Assembly: GCA_024278215.1 (NCBI GenBank)
Contig: JAJRTR010000007.1
Location: forward strand, 1 to 37,612
DNA from: a bacterium
GTDB lineage: Bacteria; UBP15; UBA6099; JAJRTR01
DNA length: 37,612 nucleotides
Direction: 5' to 3'
How positions within the stretch are numbered: position 1 is the first letter of the stretch; each line of letters starts with the position of its first letter. Position numbers and translations under genes: made by a program. The notes beneath the pieces are model-generated. The model searched no databases. It was not told the origin of the DNA and was given only the letters and a program-made list of their open reading frames with translations. Shown here piece by piece: positions 19,437-30,303 of this stretch.

Positions 19437-20429
19437 CTATCTTTTTTTGGCGTACATGCGCAGCTTGTATCCGAGGTTGTTTTCACAGATAAACTGTGCG
19501 AGTTTTTTCTTTATCGCTTCCGGCTGGATGTAAGGTGACTTATATCTGCGTTTGACATTGTTTCCGATATAGGGATCGTCGAACTGGAGGTGGTTTGTTA
19601 TGGTGTCTATTTCACCCAGTTCGGTGCCGACCTTGAAGACTTTGAAACCATATTGATTGAGAAGCGTCTCGAGGCTGGCCGGAGTGAAATACCACAGGTG
19701 CCCCCATCCGAACGCGGCCGTCTTGCCGTGCATCATCCGGATTGCCAGGCTGTCACAGTTGGGCACGAGAATGACAATCATCCCGTTGGGCTTGAGCAGC
19801 CGGTGTGCCTGCTCGAGAATATCCCTCGGATTGGTGAGGTGTTCGAGCACTTCCCAGAGCGTAATGACATCGAAAGATTCCGGTTCGAGATCGAGTTCTT
19901 CGAGCGGTTTGCCGTAGATGTCGAGTCCGAACTTCTTTTCCGCCACCGCACGCGCCTTTTCGTTTAATTCCACGCCATGTGCATCCCAGCCTTTTTTACG
20001 CGCCAGATCGAGGAATATGCCGAGATTGCATCCGATGTCCAGCAGTTTGCCCGGCTCCGCGAACATCATCATGTCCTCGAGCGCACCGCGGAACTTCTTT
20101 GTGTCGTATTTCAACTGCCGCTCGGTCTGCAACACTTCTATCCAGTAATTCTGCGAGGGAAGCGAACGATACTGAGCGCGAATCTTGTCTTCGTCCAGTT
20201 GCGGGTTTATATAGAGCATTCCGCACTCGAGGCATTTAACATAAGTGAAGCCGTCTTTTTCGAAAGCGAAAGATGTGTCGTCGAGCCGGCATACAGGACA
20301 CTTGACATGGCGTTCGAGGCTCTTCTTCAGCTTGCCTGTGCGGCGATCAAGCATCATGCTTTTTTCTTTTTCCATCAACTCCCAGTAGGTATCGCGTCCC
20401 GTCTCTTTCACAAAATCATAAGTTCCCAT
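19437..20429 (-). CDS. Class I SAM-dependent methyltransferase with an N-terminal CxxC...CxxC motif
   Basis: CPVC...CLECG, LLDIGCNLG, FDVITLWEVLEH..P, HLWYFT. Start placed at ATG 20429 behind GGGAG (GTG 20492 is an alternative). Confidence 0.88.
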   Translation of the reverse strand: MGTYDFVKETGRDTYWELMEKEKSMMLDRRTGKLKKSLERHVKCPVCRLDDTSFAFEKDGFTYVKCLECGMLYINPQLDEDKIRAQYRSLPSQNYWIEVLQTERQLKYDTKKFRGALEDMMMFAEPGKLLDIGCNLGIFLDLARKKGWDAHGVELNEKARAVAEKKFGLDIYGKPLEELDLEPESFDVITLWEVLEHLTNPRDILEQAHRLLKPNGMIVILVPNCDSLAIRMMHGKTAAFGWGHLWYFTPASLETLLNQYGFKVFKVGTELGEIDTITNHLQFDDPYIGNNVKRRYKSPYIQPEAIKKKLAQFICENNLGYKLRMYAKKR

Positions 20430-20659
20430 TTCAAAGCTCCCGATCTGTATTTTTATTGTCGTATTTCGTATTCGTGCGATTACCGCTTGCACTTTTCGTG
20501 CATTCTTCCTTTATCGTCCTTTCAGCTTTTCGCTCAACCACTATACATTATGTTTCGGATAAACTGCGCAGTTGGTTGAGTAAAACATAATAATACTTTT
20601 CAGGCAATGAGCCGACACCGTTTGCTTCGACGTCGGCCACAATGGAAAAGAAAAAGGAA

Positions 20660-21739
20660 TCACTCGCCGGCATCGCACATGTTTAATCGTTCGAGCACCT
20701 TTCGGACAACCCTGTCGGCGCCCAGGCCGTCAACAAGCGCTCTGCCTTTTTCCATCATTGACTGTCGCAACTCGTAATCATTGATTACAGTATCCAGAAC
20801 ATCGGTAATATGTTCGAAAGAGGGTTTGAAGCCGAGTTGCAGAACCGTACCGAGCTGCTCGAACCTTTCGGCTATCTTTTCCTGGTGGTCTACCGCGGGA
20901 ACGGAAACAGCGGGCGCGCCGCAAGCCGCGAGCTCGTACAATATCGTGCCGCCGCAGGTGATAACAAGGTCGGCATCGAGCATAGCGGCAGCCATATCCC
21001 GAATTGTCGGCACACATAAAATATCAAGTGTCGAATTCATCCGGTTCGGGTTCGACGAATACAGGCGGCTGACGAGCATCACGTCCGGCGAGTCAAGGAT
21101 GGATTCGAGAGCAAGCATCAGCCTTGGTACAACTCTTGAAAAACGGTGGCCGCAGTCTACAACAAGCACCTTGCCGACCTTCCTTGCAATTTCTCGAATC
21201 GTGTTGTGAGCGCACGCGAATTCCGGCCTGAGCAACACGTATTCGGGGCCGGACAGGATTTCCGTTCCGCCCTGGTTCTCATAATCAAGGTACTCGTGCA
21301 CAACACCCGCGTTGAGGAGCAAAGTGGTATCGAAGCGCCCCCTGGCAAAGTCGTCTATCTGCAATGACACCGGAGCCAGTTCGACAAACTCCTTTGCATA
21401 TTCCCTTGTGATTTTCGTCCAGTCCTTGAAGGCATAATCAGGTATATGTTCCGCCGGGTCCAACACAAGAATATGAGGATCAAAACGCCTTATTTCCGAT
21501 ACCGTTTTTTCGCATTTTTCCGGCATCCGGATGCGATTGAAACCGAACCCATCGCGGTCCAGAAAAGAATCCAGTCCCGGTATGTCACGCGACCAGAACT
21601 CGATCCGCGGGTCGGAAATATGACGCAAAAAAGCCTCTGCGAGCGACGCACATCTCGAAGCATGTCCGAACCCCACCGCTCCCGAGCCGTCCACCCTGAA
21701 AGCTATGCGTGTTCCGCTTTTTTTTGCCCTGTTTTCCAT
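20660..21739 (-). CDS. PseG/SpsG-family GT-B fold protein (nucleotide-sugar hydrolase or glycosyltransferase)
   Basis: FRVDGSGAVGFGHASRC, GPEYVLLRPEF, DLVITCGGTILYELAACGAP, HQ, VDGLGADRV. Confidence 0.85.
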   Translation of the reverse strand: MENRAKKSGTRIAFRVDGSGAVGFGHASRCASLAEAFLRHISDPRIEFWSRDIPGLDSFLDRDGFGFNRIRMPEKCEKTVSEIRRFDPHILVLDPAEHIPDYAFKDWTKITREYAKEFVELAPVSLQIDDFARGRFDTTLLLNAGVVHEYLDYENQGGTEILSGPEYVLLRPEFACAHNTIREIARKVGKVLVVDCGHRFSRVVPRLMLALESILDSPDVMLVSRLYSSNPNRMNSTLDILCVPTIRDMAAAMLDADLVITCGGTILYELAACGAPAVSVPAVDHQEKIAERFEQLGTVLQLGFKPSFEHITDVLDTVINDYELRQSMMEKGRALVDGLGADRVVRKVLERLNMCDAGE

Positions 21740-21922
21740 GCTATCCTTTCACCCACTTTCGCAAGTTATTCTGCAAAACCGTTCTCTGGGGTATTCACTT
21801 GTGACTTCCGGGGTATCATGTCATCAGGGTGAAGTAAAGCATTTATATCAAAAACGCGCGATTCGGGAAATATTCGAAGTTGCGGCATACGTGTCGTGTC
21901 GACCCTGATTACGGCACCGGCG

Positions 21923-24900
21923 TCAGTCCTGTTCGAGTTTCTGTTTGGCGATTTTGACCTGGAACCAAGCGCGCACTTCCTTGTCGAGTTTTTTCCAGCC
22001 TTTGGATTCCTGCGTGGCCCAGACTACGTAGTCTTTGCCGAGCTGCTGCTTGAGTTTTGTGTAGGGAAGTTTCTTGTATATCTTAAGGTCGCCGTAGCTC
22101 TCGCGCAGACTCTTGTCTTCGTCCATGTCCCAGTGGAATTCGACAAATGCGTTAGCGAGTGATTCCTCAAGCGATTTGGGGTACTGGAGCGGCACCATAA
22201 TGACGTGCTTTTCCCAGTCGTAGACGGCGACGCCGCTGCCCGGGAGCATCATGATCTTGGGTATGCCGTCTTTTTTTATGCGCGGCAGGCTTTCGTCGAA
22301 TATCTGCGGGTCTACTTTTGGCGAGAGGAAGAGTTCGAGTACTTTGGAGACTGCTGTTTTGTTTGCGATTTCACGGACGTTTACGAGCACAGCCATGGGG
22401 TCGACTTTGACTTTTTTCGCCATGAGCAGCGCGTATTTCTTTATCCTTATTATCTCGTTCTTGTAGGCTGTTTCTTTCTGTTTGATGGAAACGCCTTTCA
22501 TTTCGAGTTCGTGATCCTTGACGCCTTTCTGTTTCTTAGCGAGCATCGCCCTGTCGTTGAGTTCCTCTATGACTTTCCCCTCGAGTTCTTCGCCGAGGTC
22601 GAGGAATTGTTTGATCTGGTCGTCGGAGATGCGGCCCTTAATAGTGGTGAGAAATTTGCTGAGCTGATTTTTGAGAGCCTGTTTTGCGTTTCTGGCCTGT
22701 ACGATTTTCGCGCGCTCATCATTGGAGATGGACGCTCCGGATTTCATCTTTCGGTCGAGAACGGCGGTGGCTTTGACGAGTCCGTCGAGTTTCTGCACGA
22801 ACTGACCGGCAGCCTGGCCGCCGGGGAAGCTGCGCACCATCTCGTTGCGACCTGCGACTATCGCCTGTATCCTGTCCTGGGTGGCTTTTAGTTTTTGCTC
22901 GTAAGTCTTCAACTCTTCGATCATGGCAATATGCTTGTTGAAGCCGAAAGCTTCCTTGTACATTTCCTGGAGCGAGTCGGAGAGATAGATGTATTCGAGC
23001 CCCATTTCATCCTGTTCTTCGGGCGGCTCGAAGTTTTTGTCTTCCTCGATGCGGTTGAGAACATTGCCTTCTTTCGGGATGTATTGCTCGTCGAGAAGCC
23101 CGAAATTGATGAGTTTCAGCTCTTTTTCTTCGAGTGGGATGTGATTGTCCTTGACTTTAGGAAGTTTTTTCTGGACAGTTCCGATAACGATATCCCAGAA
23201 GAGGGCGTTGAGTTTTTCGAGGTTGTCGCGGTCGCTGGGGTCTTTCTTGAAAGCTTCCTGGATTTCGGCAATGGTTTCATCGTCGACGAGTTCGTCTTCA
23301 AGCCTGATGTTGTCGGGGATGTACATGAGTTCGAGCGAATGGCCATCCTTGAACAGTATGGCGGCCTCCTGTTCGGAGCGTTCGACGATGAACTGGAGGA
23401 CGCGCATAGCGTAGTCTCTTTCGTGCTTTGCTTTGCCTCCGTTGTCCAGGTCGAGCGTGATGAACATGATGGGGAAACATTCTCCGAAGTTGTGGATGCG
23501 TCCGAAAACGAATTCGTTCCATTTCGCCTCGCCGACTTTTGCCTGCTTGAGCAGCGCTTCGTGATCGTACTCGATGGCGCAAGCCCTGAACTGGTCGTTT
23601 TTTGGGTTCATAACAAAGTTGGCATGTTCGATATCGAGAGTTTCGAGCATCTCGAGTTTTGTGACGAAGTCGAACTTGGCGGGCGGTATGCCGCCGAGAG
23701 ATGAACTGCTTGCGGCGTCTTTTGGTTTGAAGCCGATGTCGGCGCAGAATTCGGTGAACTCGGCGTTGATTTCGTCGAATTCTGAAAGCAATTGACTGTG
23801 AAGTTCTTCCATCTTCTGCGCGGCATGTTCGGCTTCGCCGCCGAGGTTTGCTACTTCGTCGCGGAACTGTGACACATAAGTTTCAAGCAGCAGGATGCAA
23901 CTGTCGGGCGAAAGACCGAGCATATTCATGATCTGCGAAAGCTGGTTGGCAGTTTTCAGAAGTGTCTCGTTGAGCAGCGGCAGCCTCTTAGCGAAACTCT
24001 TGAGCACATGGACCATTACGGCGGGTTTCGCCATCAGGAACGGCTCGATCTTTTTCGCGGGAAGCGGCATAGCGTGTACTTCCGTGAGAGCACGCACACC
24101 ACAGCTTCTTTCCATGCCGCCGAACATCGCGTTTTCACTGAAGATGTCGCCCTTGCCCTTGATTATTTCGATGTTGCGATTGCCGAGATAAACTTCGAGT
24201 TTACCGGCGAGCAGGATGTACATTGTTTTGTCGATGCTCTTTTCGGGGCAGACAACCTGGCCGGGGTCGAATTTCACTAGACCGGGTCTCGGCGGCCCCT
24301 TGGGTTCCGGGGCTTCCGGCGGGCTCCCGGCGGCCTGCCCCGAGAGTATTCTGTTATGAAAAAGTTCCGTATGATTGTTGAATGGTGTTGAAACGGCGGC
24401 GTACATTTCCATCGGGACCGAGCCGTATTTGTCTACCATACGCCCCACCTGGTAAGGAAGTGCGGCTTTCAATTCTTTGACAAGTTTGTGTTCGGGCGGC
24501 GCTTCCTTCTTTTTTGCTTCATCTCCCGAAGCGGCTGCTTCGGCTTCGTATTTTTTGTTGGCCGCAGTCTGAAGCATTGTGGCAGCCTCGTATATGCCGC
24601 GCGTGTATATCTCGAGCAATCCTTTTGCTTTAAGAGAAAGCGAATCGCTGCGCGTGATGCTGTTGCTTGTCTGGCCGACACGCTGTGCGATGGTTTTTGC
24701 AAGCCCGAAACCGATCTTCGGATTGCCCGCTACCGTCTGCGCGAACCCTTTGCCGCGAAGGTTGATAACCATAACCTGCGCCGGCCCGTCTTCGCTGACC
24801 TTCATGGACGCCGAACGCGGTTCGCTCAATATCGCGCCGATCTCGCCGATAAACGACCCTGCCTGGTCGATCTCGCCGACGAGCATACCTTCGTTTTCGA

Positions 24901-25045
24901 CACGATCCTGGGCGACGAAACCTTCGGCATCAACAACAAATACTTGCAGTTTACCAGACCTCAGCACAAATATCTCGTTGCTTTCTTCGCCCTGAAGACA
25001 AAGGTATTCACCCGGTTGTAATGTCCTTATGTTCTGTGGCGCCAT
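21923..25045 (-). CDS. Large protein with two cyclic-nucleotide-binding domains, a coiled coil and an unassigned C-terminal domain
   Basis: cNMP1: GEYLCLQGEESNEIFVLRSGKL...FIGEIGAILSEPRSAS. cNMP2: GQVVCPE...MYILLAGKL...FSENAMFGGMERSCGV. Then a helical K/E/Q-rich stretch. Confidence 0.85.
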   Translation of the reverse strand: MAPQNIRTLQPGEYLCLQGEESNEIFVLRSGKLQVFVVDAEGFVAQDRVENEGMLVGEIDQAGSFIGEIGAILSEPRSASMKVSEDGPAQVMVINLRGKGFAQTVAGNPKIGFGLAKTIAQRVGQTSNSITRSDSLSLKAKGLLEIYTRGIYEAATMLQTAANKKYEAEAAASGDEAKKKEAPPEHKLVKELKAALPYQVGRMVDKYGSVPMEMYAAVSTPFNNHTELFHNRILSGQAAGSPPEAPEPKGPPRPGLVKFDPGQVVCPEKSIDKTMYILLAGKLEVYLGNRNIEIIKGKGDIFSENAMFGGMERSCGVRALTEVHAMPLPAKKIEPFLMAKPAVMVHVLKSFAKRLPLLNETLLKTANQLSQIMNMLGLSPDSCILLLETYVSQFRDEVANLGGEAEHAAQKMEELHSQLLSEFDEINAEFTEFCADIGFKPKDAASSSSLGGIPPAKFDFVTKLEMLETLDIEHANFVMNPKNDQFRACAIEYDHEALLKQAKVGEAKWNEFVFGRIHNFGECFPIMFITLDLDNGGKAKHERDYAMRVLQFIVERSEQEAAILFKDGHSLELMYIPDNIRLEDELVDDETIAEIQEAFKKDPSDRDNLEKLNALFWDIVIGTVQKKLPKVKDNHIPLEEKELKLINFGLLDEQYIPKEGNVLNRIEEDKNFEPPEEQDEMGLEYIYLSDSLQEMYKEAFGFNKHIAMIEELKTYEQKLKATQDRIQAIVAGRNEMVRSFPGGQAAGQFVQKLDGLVKATAVLDRKMKSGASISNDERAKIVQARNAKQALKNQLSKFLTTIKGRISDDQIKQFLDLGEELEGKVIEELNDRAMLAKKQKGVKDHELEMKGVSIKQKETAYKNEIIRIKKYALLMAKKVKVDPMAVLVNVREIANKTAVSKVLELFLSPKVDPQIFDESLPRIKKDGIPKIMMLPGSGVAVYDWEKHVIMVPLQYPKSLEESLANAFVEFHWDMDEDKSLRESYGDLKIYKKLPYTKLKQQLGKDYVVWATQESKGWKKLDKEVRAWFQVKIAKQKLEQD

Positions 25046-25370
25046 AGCTGATGCTCCCTTGGAATTATCTTTAACAACATTTATTTAAGCTTTTTGACTA
25101 TATCATTTCATGAATTTCGAGATATGCTTTTCTGGAACTACTATTATTATATATTTTCTTTATTATGTCTATGGAGCCTCTTGTAATAATCAGAACTTAT
25201 GAGTTTTGTACAACGCTGTCAGAAAAGTTTGGAATGCAAAAACGACAGTTTTTGCGAATTTTGTTTTTTATATTATGCCGTCTTTACACCTGCAACGACA
25301 CAGTCACTTCGTTCCATATTTTTTACACCATCTCCTGTGAACAATTGCAATAATCCCGAAGCCGCCGTCT

Positions 25371-26762
25371 TCACTCGGCCTCGACAAGCGCGAAAAGCTT
25401 TCCGGCGCCTGTGCCCACAAAAACCGTATTGTTCGCTAACGCCACCGAACCTCTTATCATGTGCTTCATCAGTTTTTTCCACACTACCGTTCCATCGGCA
25501 ATATTGACGGCATAAAGATAATCGTCATAGGAACCGACATAGGCGATATTGCCGGAGATGACCGGTCCCGCGTCGAAGCCGCCTTTTGTGGTGAACCGCC
25601 AGACGATCTCGCCCGTTTCGGCATTCAGCCCGGCAAGGTCTCCGTCGAATGCACCACCGACTACGACAATACCGTCTTTAACAGCCGGCGAGGCGGAAAC
25701 CTGTTCATCGATTTTCGTTTTCCATTTCATCTTTCCCGTTTCGCTGTCGAGCGCATAAACATTGCCGTCCCATGAGGTGAAATAAACCGTTCCGTCGACA
25801 ATCGCGGGCGTGGAATACACACAGTTACCCGTTTCATAGCTCCAGACGATCTCACCCGTTTCGGCTCTGACGACATAAATAAAACCGTCATTCGAACCGA
25901 AATAAACTTTGCCGTCGTATACGGTCGGCGCACCTTCGATCCAGTCCAGCGCCTTGAAAACGACACCGGTCACTTTCTGTTTGGGCAGTTTATGGAGTTT
26001 ATCGCCGGATGTTGTTTTATCGACCTCGCCGCCGGGCTTTTCGGCTTCGCCGCCGACCGCATTACTGCCGCCTGCCGCCTCATAGGGATCGGCGGATTCG
26101 GGATTCAGCTTCACAGGCATTTTCACAGCCGGTTCAAATGTGTTGATGTCTATTGCGTAGAGCCCCCTGTCGAGCGCGCCGAAAAAGATGTTCTTTCCAT
26201 CCGTCGCCGCCGCGCCCTTTATTCCGCGCGGAACAGTGAACGTTCTTTTCTGCTCACCGGTTTTCAGGTCGAGACAATAAAAATTTCCGTTCATCGAACC
26301 GATGTAGACATTACCGTCGATAATCAGGGGTGAAGCTATCACAGCGTCGCCCGTCTCGAAATGCCATATCGGCGCGCCTGTTTCCGCGTTCACGCCATAG
26401 ACGGAACCGTCCATCGAGCCCGCGACGACAACATCGTCCGCTGCTACGGGCGACGATCTGAAGGCGGCGCGCCGGCCCGGAGGCGCGGCTGTGTCGGGGA
26501 TGTCCACTTCCTGCTTCTTGTCCGCCCTCGCTCCGTAGGCCTCGAAAGTCCACATAACTGCAAGCGGCGGCGTTATCTCTTCATCGGCGACACCGGTCGA
26601 CTGCTCCGCATTGCCCCGAAACGAATTCCACACCGCGTCGCTTCCCGCATGTTCTCCCGGTACAGGTGCCTTATCGCCTGCACATCCGGAAATCGCCACA
26701 AGCGAAAAAACGAAAACCACAACAGGTAAAGTATGCTTCCTTAATGTTGTTAGATATATCAT
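25371..26762 (-). CDS. PQQ-like beta-propeller repeat lipoprotein (BamB-like fold)
   Basis: Repeated SSP...GS.DG.VYA.+AETG...W motifs. Signal peptide with lipobox ISGC if the start is ATG 26762. Confidence 0.85.
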   Translation of the reverse strand: MIYLTTLRKHTLPVVVFVFSLVAISGCAGDKAPVPGEHAGSDAVWNSFRGNAEQSTGVADEEITPPLAVMWTFEAYGARADKKQEVDIPDTAAPPGRRAAFRSSPVAADDVVVAGSMDGSVYGVNAETGAPIWHFETGDAVIASPLIIDGNVYIGSMNGNFYCLDLKTGEQKRTFTVPRGIKGAAATDGKNIFFGALDRGLYAIDINTFEPAVKMPVKLNPESADPYEAAGGSNAVGGEAEKPGGEVDKTTSGDKLHKLPKQKVTGVVFKALDWIEGAPTVYDGKVYFGSNDGFIYVVRAETGEIVWSYETGNCVYSTPAIVDGTVYFTSWDGNVYALDSETGKMKWKTKIDEQVSASPAVKDGIVVVGGAFDGDLAGLNAETGEIVWRFTTKGGFDAGPVISGNIAYVGSYDDYLYAVNIADGTVVWKKLMKHMIRGSVALANNTVFVGTGAGKLFALVEAE

Positions 26763-26887
26763 TAGAAGTACCTTTGCGATTGTTGCCGGTCTCCACCAAC
26801 CTTTGCGCAAACCGGAGATTTGTTGTTCACTATTGTACCAGTGCAGAAGGAATATTTTCAACATTTCAAGAAAGTGCAGGCCTGGTA

Positions 26888-26916
26888 TTGCCAATGAAAA
26901 GACCTGCTACTATAAT
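26888..26916 (+). promoter_or_regulatory. Putative sigma70 promoter for the acyl-CoA ligase gene
   Basis: TTGCCA-17 nt-TATAAT. Confidence 0.6.
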
Positions 26917-27006
26917 CTGTGACCAGATAATGACGCCAAAACAAACTTTAAGATGGTCTGAAAACTTGTCTGCAGGAGACAAAATCCAAAATATAGAGAA
27001 GAACCT

Positions 27007-28866
27007 ATGTTGAATGAAAAGATAGCGAAATCCGCGAACATCCCCGAGTCAATGATGAGAGCTGCCGACCTTTACGGTGAAAGCCCGGCGCTGTACTACA
27101 AGAAATTTCCCGGCGACAAATACTCGGGCAAGTATTCTTTCAAACAGATGGCCGATATACAGCGTGTAGTCGGCACAGTGCTGGTCGAGGAATTCGACTT
27201 GAAACCGAAACAGAAAGTCGGCTTCATTTCCGAGAACCGGCCGGAATACAACCTGGGCGATCTCGGTACGTTATGCGCGGCGGGCATATCATGGGGCCTC
27301 TACGACTACGACGTTAAAACCCAGGAGGTCGTCGAGTACAAGCTCAACGACAGCGAGACGTCCATCCTGATAACAAGCCCGGATTTTCTCGATAATGTCA
27401 GAACGGTTTTCAGAGGCGGCAACACCCCTCTCAAGAAAGTAATCGTCATGGATATGCCGCATAACAAAATCGATTATCTTCCACACGAAACACCTTTCTC
27501 CGACATATTGAAAAACGGCATCGAGGATGCCGACCTCATCGAAAACAGGCTCAGCACCGTCAACAGGGACTCTGTCGCGCGTATCATTTATACTTCCGGC
27601 ACAACAGGCAGGCCCAAAGGCGTCATGCTCACCCACGGCAACCTGCTCTCGAATGTCGAGATGTCATCTAAACTCCTTGACATTACGCCCGGCGAACGCC
27701 TTATATGTTTCCTTCCCGAGGCACATTCGTTCCAGGGATTTGTAACCCTCGCCACACTGCTCAACGGCGGTCAGATGTGGTATTCTCATAAAAAAACGAT
27801 TCTCGACGATATGAAACTCATCGAGCCGACACTTTTCGCGGGCGTACCGCTCGTCTATAAACGCATCGCCGAAGGCATGAGGTCAAAAGTTCTCGAACTC
27901 ACTAAAGGACAGATAGACCTTGCCGCAGACTACTCGAAAAATCCGATCAAACAACTCATCAGGTCTAAAGTGCTCGGCCCCATCATCCGCAAAAAAGTCG
28001 GGCTCGGCAAAATACTCCGCGCTGTCTCCGGTTCCGCCAAACTCGAGCAGGAACATTTCAACATGCTCAACAATATCGGCTTCACCGTGCTCGAAGGCTA
28101 CGGAATCAGCGAAACATCGCCCGTGATTTCATGCAACGAACTCGATAACTTCAAACCCGGCTCTGTCGGACGTCCGATACCCGGTTGTGATGTAAAGATA
28201 ATGTCGCTCGACACAGACGAATACGGCAAGCGCGAGGAAGTGCCGCAGGGCGAAGAAGGCGAAGTGCTCGTCAAGGGCCCGAACGTTTTCAAGGGCTACT
28301 ACAACGATGAAGTGAAAACAAAAAAAGCATTCTATGAAGGCTACTACGAAACCGGCGACCGCGGCCACATGGACAGCGACGGATTCCTCTATATCCACGG
28401 TCGCTGCGGGCTCCAGGTGAAGATGGCAAACGGCGAATTCGTCGACCTCGACCAGCTCGCCGCCAACATTCTTAAACATACCAGCATCATACAGTCCGTC
28501 GCCATAGACTGCGAACTCAAGCAGTTCGTCATCGCTATCGTTTCCATCGACTGGGAACCGGAATCAATCAGGGAACTCGCGGACAAAATGGGAATACCCT
28601 TCAGTGGCGATGTCAACGAATTCGCGAAAAACCCGGCTGTTATCGACGCGATCAAAAAAGAGATCGAAGAGAAGGAACCCGATTTCGGACACCCCAAAAG
28701 CCCCAAAGTACCGAAGAAATACCTCATCGTCACACCGATGTCGCCCATCACAGGCGAGATAACATCCACACTCAAGTTCCGCGTCAGAAACATTCTCAAG
28801 AAGTATGAAAAGCAGCTTGAAAAACTCAGAAACTCAGACGATAAGTTCATGGTCGCTATGGACTGA
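27007..28866 (+). CDS. Long-chain fatty acid-CoA ligase (AMP-binding family)
   Basis: IIYTSGTTGRPKGVMLTH, EGYGISETSP, GSVGRP, VKGPNVFKGYY, TGDRG, ITSTLK. Confidence 0.92.
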   Translation: MLNEKIAKSANIPESMMRAADLYGESPALYYKKFPGDKYSGKYSFKQMADIQRVVGTVLVEEFDLKPKQKVGFISENRPEYNLGDLGTLCAAGISWGLYDYDVKTQEVVEYKLNDSETSILITSPDFLDNVRTVFRGGNTPLKKVIVMDMPHNKIDYLPHETPFSDILKNGIEDADLIENRLSTVNRDSVARIIYTSGTTGRPKGVMLTHGNLLSNVEMSSKLLDITPGERLICFLPEAHSFQGFVTLATLLNGGQMWYSHKKTILDDMKLIEPTLFAGVPLVYKRIAEGMRSKVLELTKGQIDLAADYSKNPIKQLIRSKVLGPIIRKKVGLGKILRAVSGSAKLEQEHFNMLNNIGFTVLEGYGISETSPVISCNELDNFKPGSVGRPIPGCDVKIMSLDTDEYGKREEVPQGEEGEVLVKGPNVFKGYYNDEVKTKKAFYEGYYETGDRGHMDSDGFLYIHGRCGLQVKMANGEFVDLDQLAANILKHTSIIQSVAIDCELKQFVIAIVSIDWEPESIRELADKMGIPFSGDVNEFAKNPAVIDAIKKEIEEKEPDFGHPKSPKVPKKYLIVTPMSPITGEITSTLKFRVRNILKKYEKQLEKLRNSDDKFMVAMD

Positions 28867-28932
28867 GCCGGCAGTTTATCACAATGACGGCGACGATTCA
28901 GCATTCTGCGCCGCTTTAGCTTCAACACAACA

Positions 28933-28961
28933 TTGCACCGCAATTTCATAAATGCTATAAT
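28933..28961 (+). promoter_or_regulatory. Putative sigma70 promoter for ribBA-ribH
   Basis: TTGCAC-17 nt-TATAAT with an extended -10 TG. Confidence 0.6.
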
Positions 28962-29051
28962 CCGTTCTGTTCCGCGAGGAACTTACATATTATGATTAAA
29001 TCACAGGGAATGCCGGGGAAAGTGGGAACTATCGACCCGGAGGGTGGCAGG

Positions 29052-30302
29052 ATGTTTGAATTCGCAACGGTAGAAGAAGCAATTGAAGATATGAAAACCG
29101 GAAAAATGATTATCGTGGTGGATGACGACGACCGCGAGAATGAGGGCGATATTGTTGTCGCGGCAGAGCGATGCACCGCTGAACACATAAACTTCATGTG
29201 TAAATATGCGCGCGGCCTGATCTGTGTGCCACTTACGATGGAGAGGTCCGATCAACTCGAACTGGGCCTGATGGTCAACGATAATACCGAAAAACACAAC
29301 ACCGCTTTCACGGTAAGCGTCGACGCGCGGCGCGGCACAACTACAGGCATTTCGGCGCAGGACCGCGCGCGAACCGTCCAGGCGCTCATTGGCTACGAAA
29401 CACGGCCCTCCGACCTGCTGCGGCCCGGCCACATCTTCCCGCTCGTCGCCCGCAAAGGCGGCGTGCTCACACGTGCCGGCCACACCGAAGCCTCTGTCGA
29501 CCTCGCAAGACTCGCGGGCCTGACCCCCGCGGGCGTGATCTGCGAAGTTATGAACGAAGACGGCTCGATGGCAAGGCTGCCGCAACTTTTCGATTTCGCA
29601 AAAGAACACGGCATGAAAATATGTCAGATACAGGACCTGATACAGTACAGGTCGAGAACGGAACGGCTCGTGCGACGTGTCGGAGAGGCGATGCTCCCCA
29701 CCGAATTCGGCGATTTCAGGGTTATCGCTTTCGAGAGCACCGTGAGGAAAGAACGAAGACATCTTGCACTGGTCCTCGGCGATTTCCTGCCCGACGACGT
29801 TGTGATGGTCCGGGTCCACTCGGAATGCCTCACCGGCGATGTCTTCCATTCGCTAAGATGCGATTGCGGCGATCAACTGCACGAAGCGATGCAAATGATC
29901 AGCAATAAAGGGAAAGGTGTTCTGCTTTATATGCGCCAGGAGGGACGCGGCATCGGACTGGGCAACAAGATAAAAGCTTATGGACTTCAGGACAACGGCC
30001 GCGACACCGTCGAGGCGAATGTCGAACTCGGATTCCCACCCGACCTTCGGGATTATGGAACCGGCGCACAGATTCTCGCAGACCTGGGAATCAAAAAGAT
30101 TACTCTGCTCACTAATAATCCCCGTAAAGTTGTCGGGCTACAGGGATACGGCATCGAGATTATCGAACGTTGTCCGATTGTGATAAAAGCACGTCCGCAA
30201 AACGAAAATTACCTGCGCACGAAAAAGGAAAAAATGGGGCACCTGCTGGATGTGCAGTGTACACGCGCAGCCTCCTCCGCCCCGACCGAAGGAGATAAAT
30301 AA
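29052..30302 (+). CDS. ribBA: Bifunctional DHBP synthase / GTP cyclohydrolase II
   Basis: [63 protein letters not shown]. Start placed at ATG 29052. Confidence 0.97.
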   Translation: MFEFATVEEAIEDMKTGKMIIVVDDDDRENEGDIVVAAERCTAEHINFMCKYARGLICVPLTMERSDQLELGLMVNDNTEKHNTAFTVSVDARRGTTTGISAQDRARTVQALIGYETRPSDLLRPGHIFPLVARKGGVLTRAGHTEASVDLARLAGLTPAGVICEVMNEDGSMARLPQLFDFAKEHGMKICQIQDLIQYRSRTERLVRRVGEAMLPTEFGDFRVIAFESTVRKERRHLALVLGDFLPDDVVMVRVHSECLTGDVFHSLRCDCGDQLHEAMQMISNKGKGVLLYMRQEGRGIGLGNKIKAYGLQDNGRDTVEANVELGFPPDLRDYGTGAQILADLGIKKITLLTNNPRKVVGLQGYGIEIIERCPIVIKARPQNENYLRTKKEKMGHLLDVQCTRAASSAPTEGDK

Positions 30303-30303
30303 C

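Noticed and set aside
28867-29051. FMN riboswitch upstream of ribBA
   Set aside because: No recognisable AGGGCGGGGTGAAATTCCC-type FMN core, and the leader after the predicted promoter is only ~85 nt.
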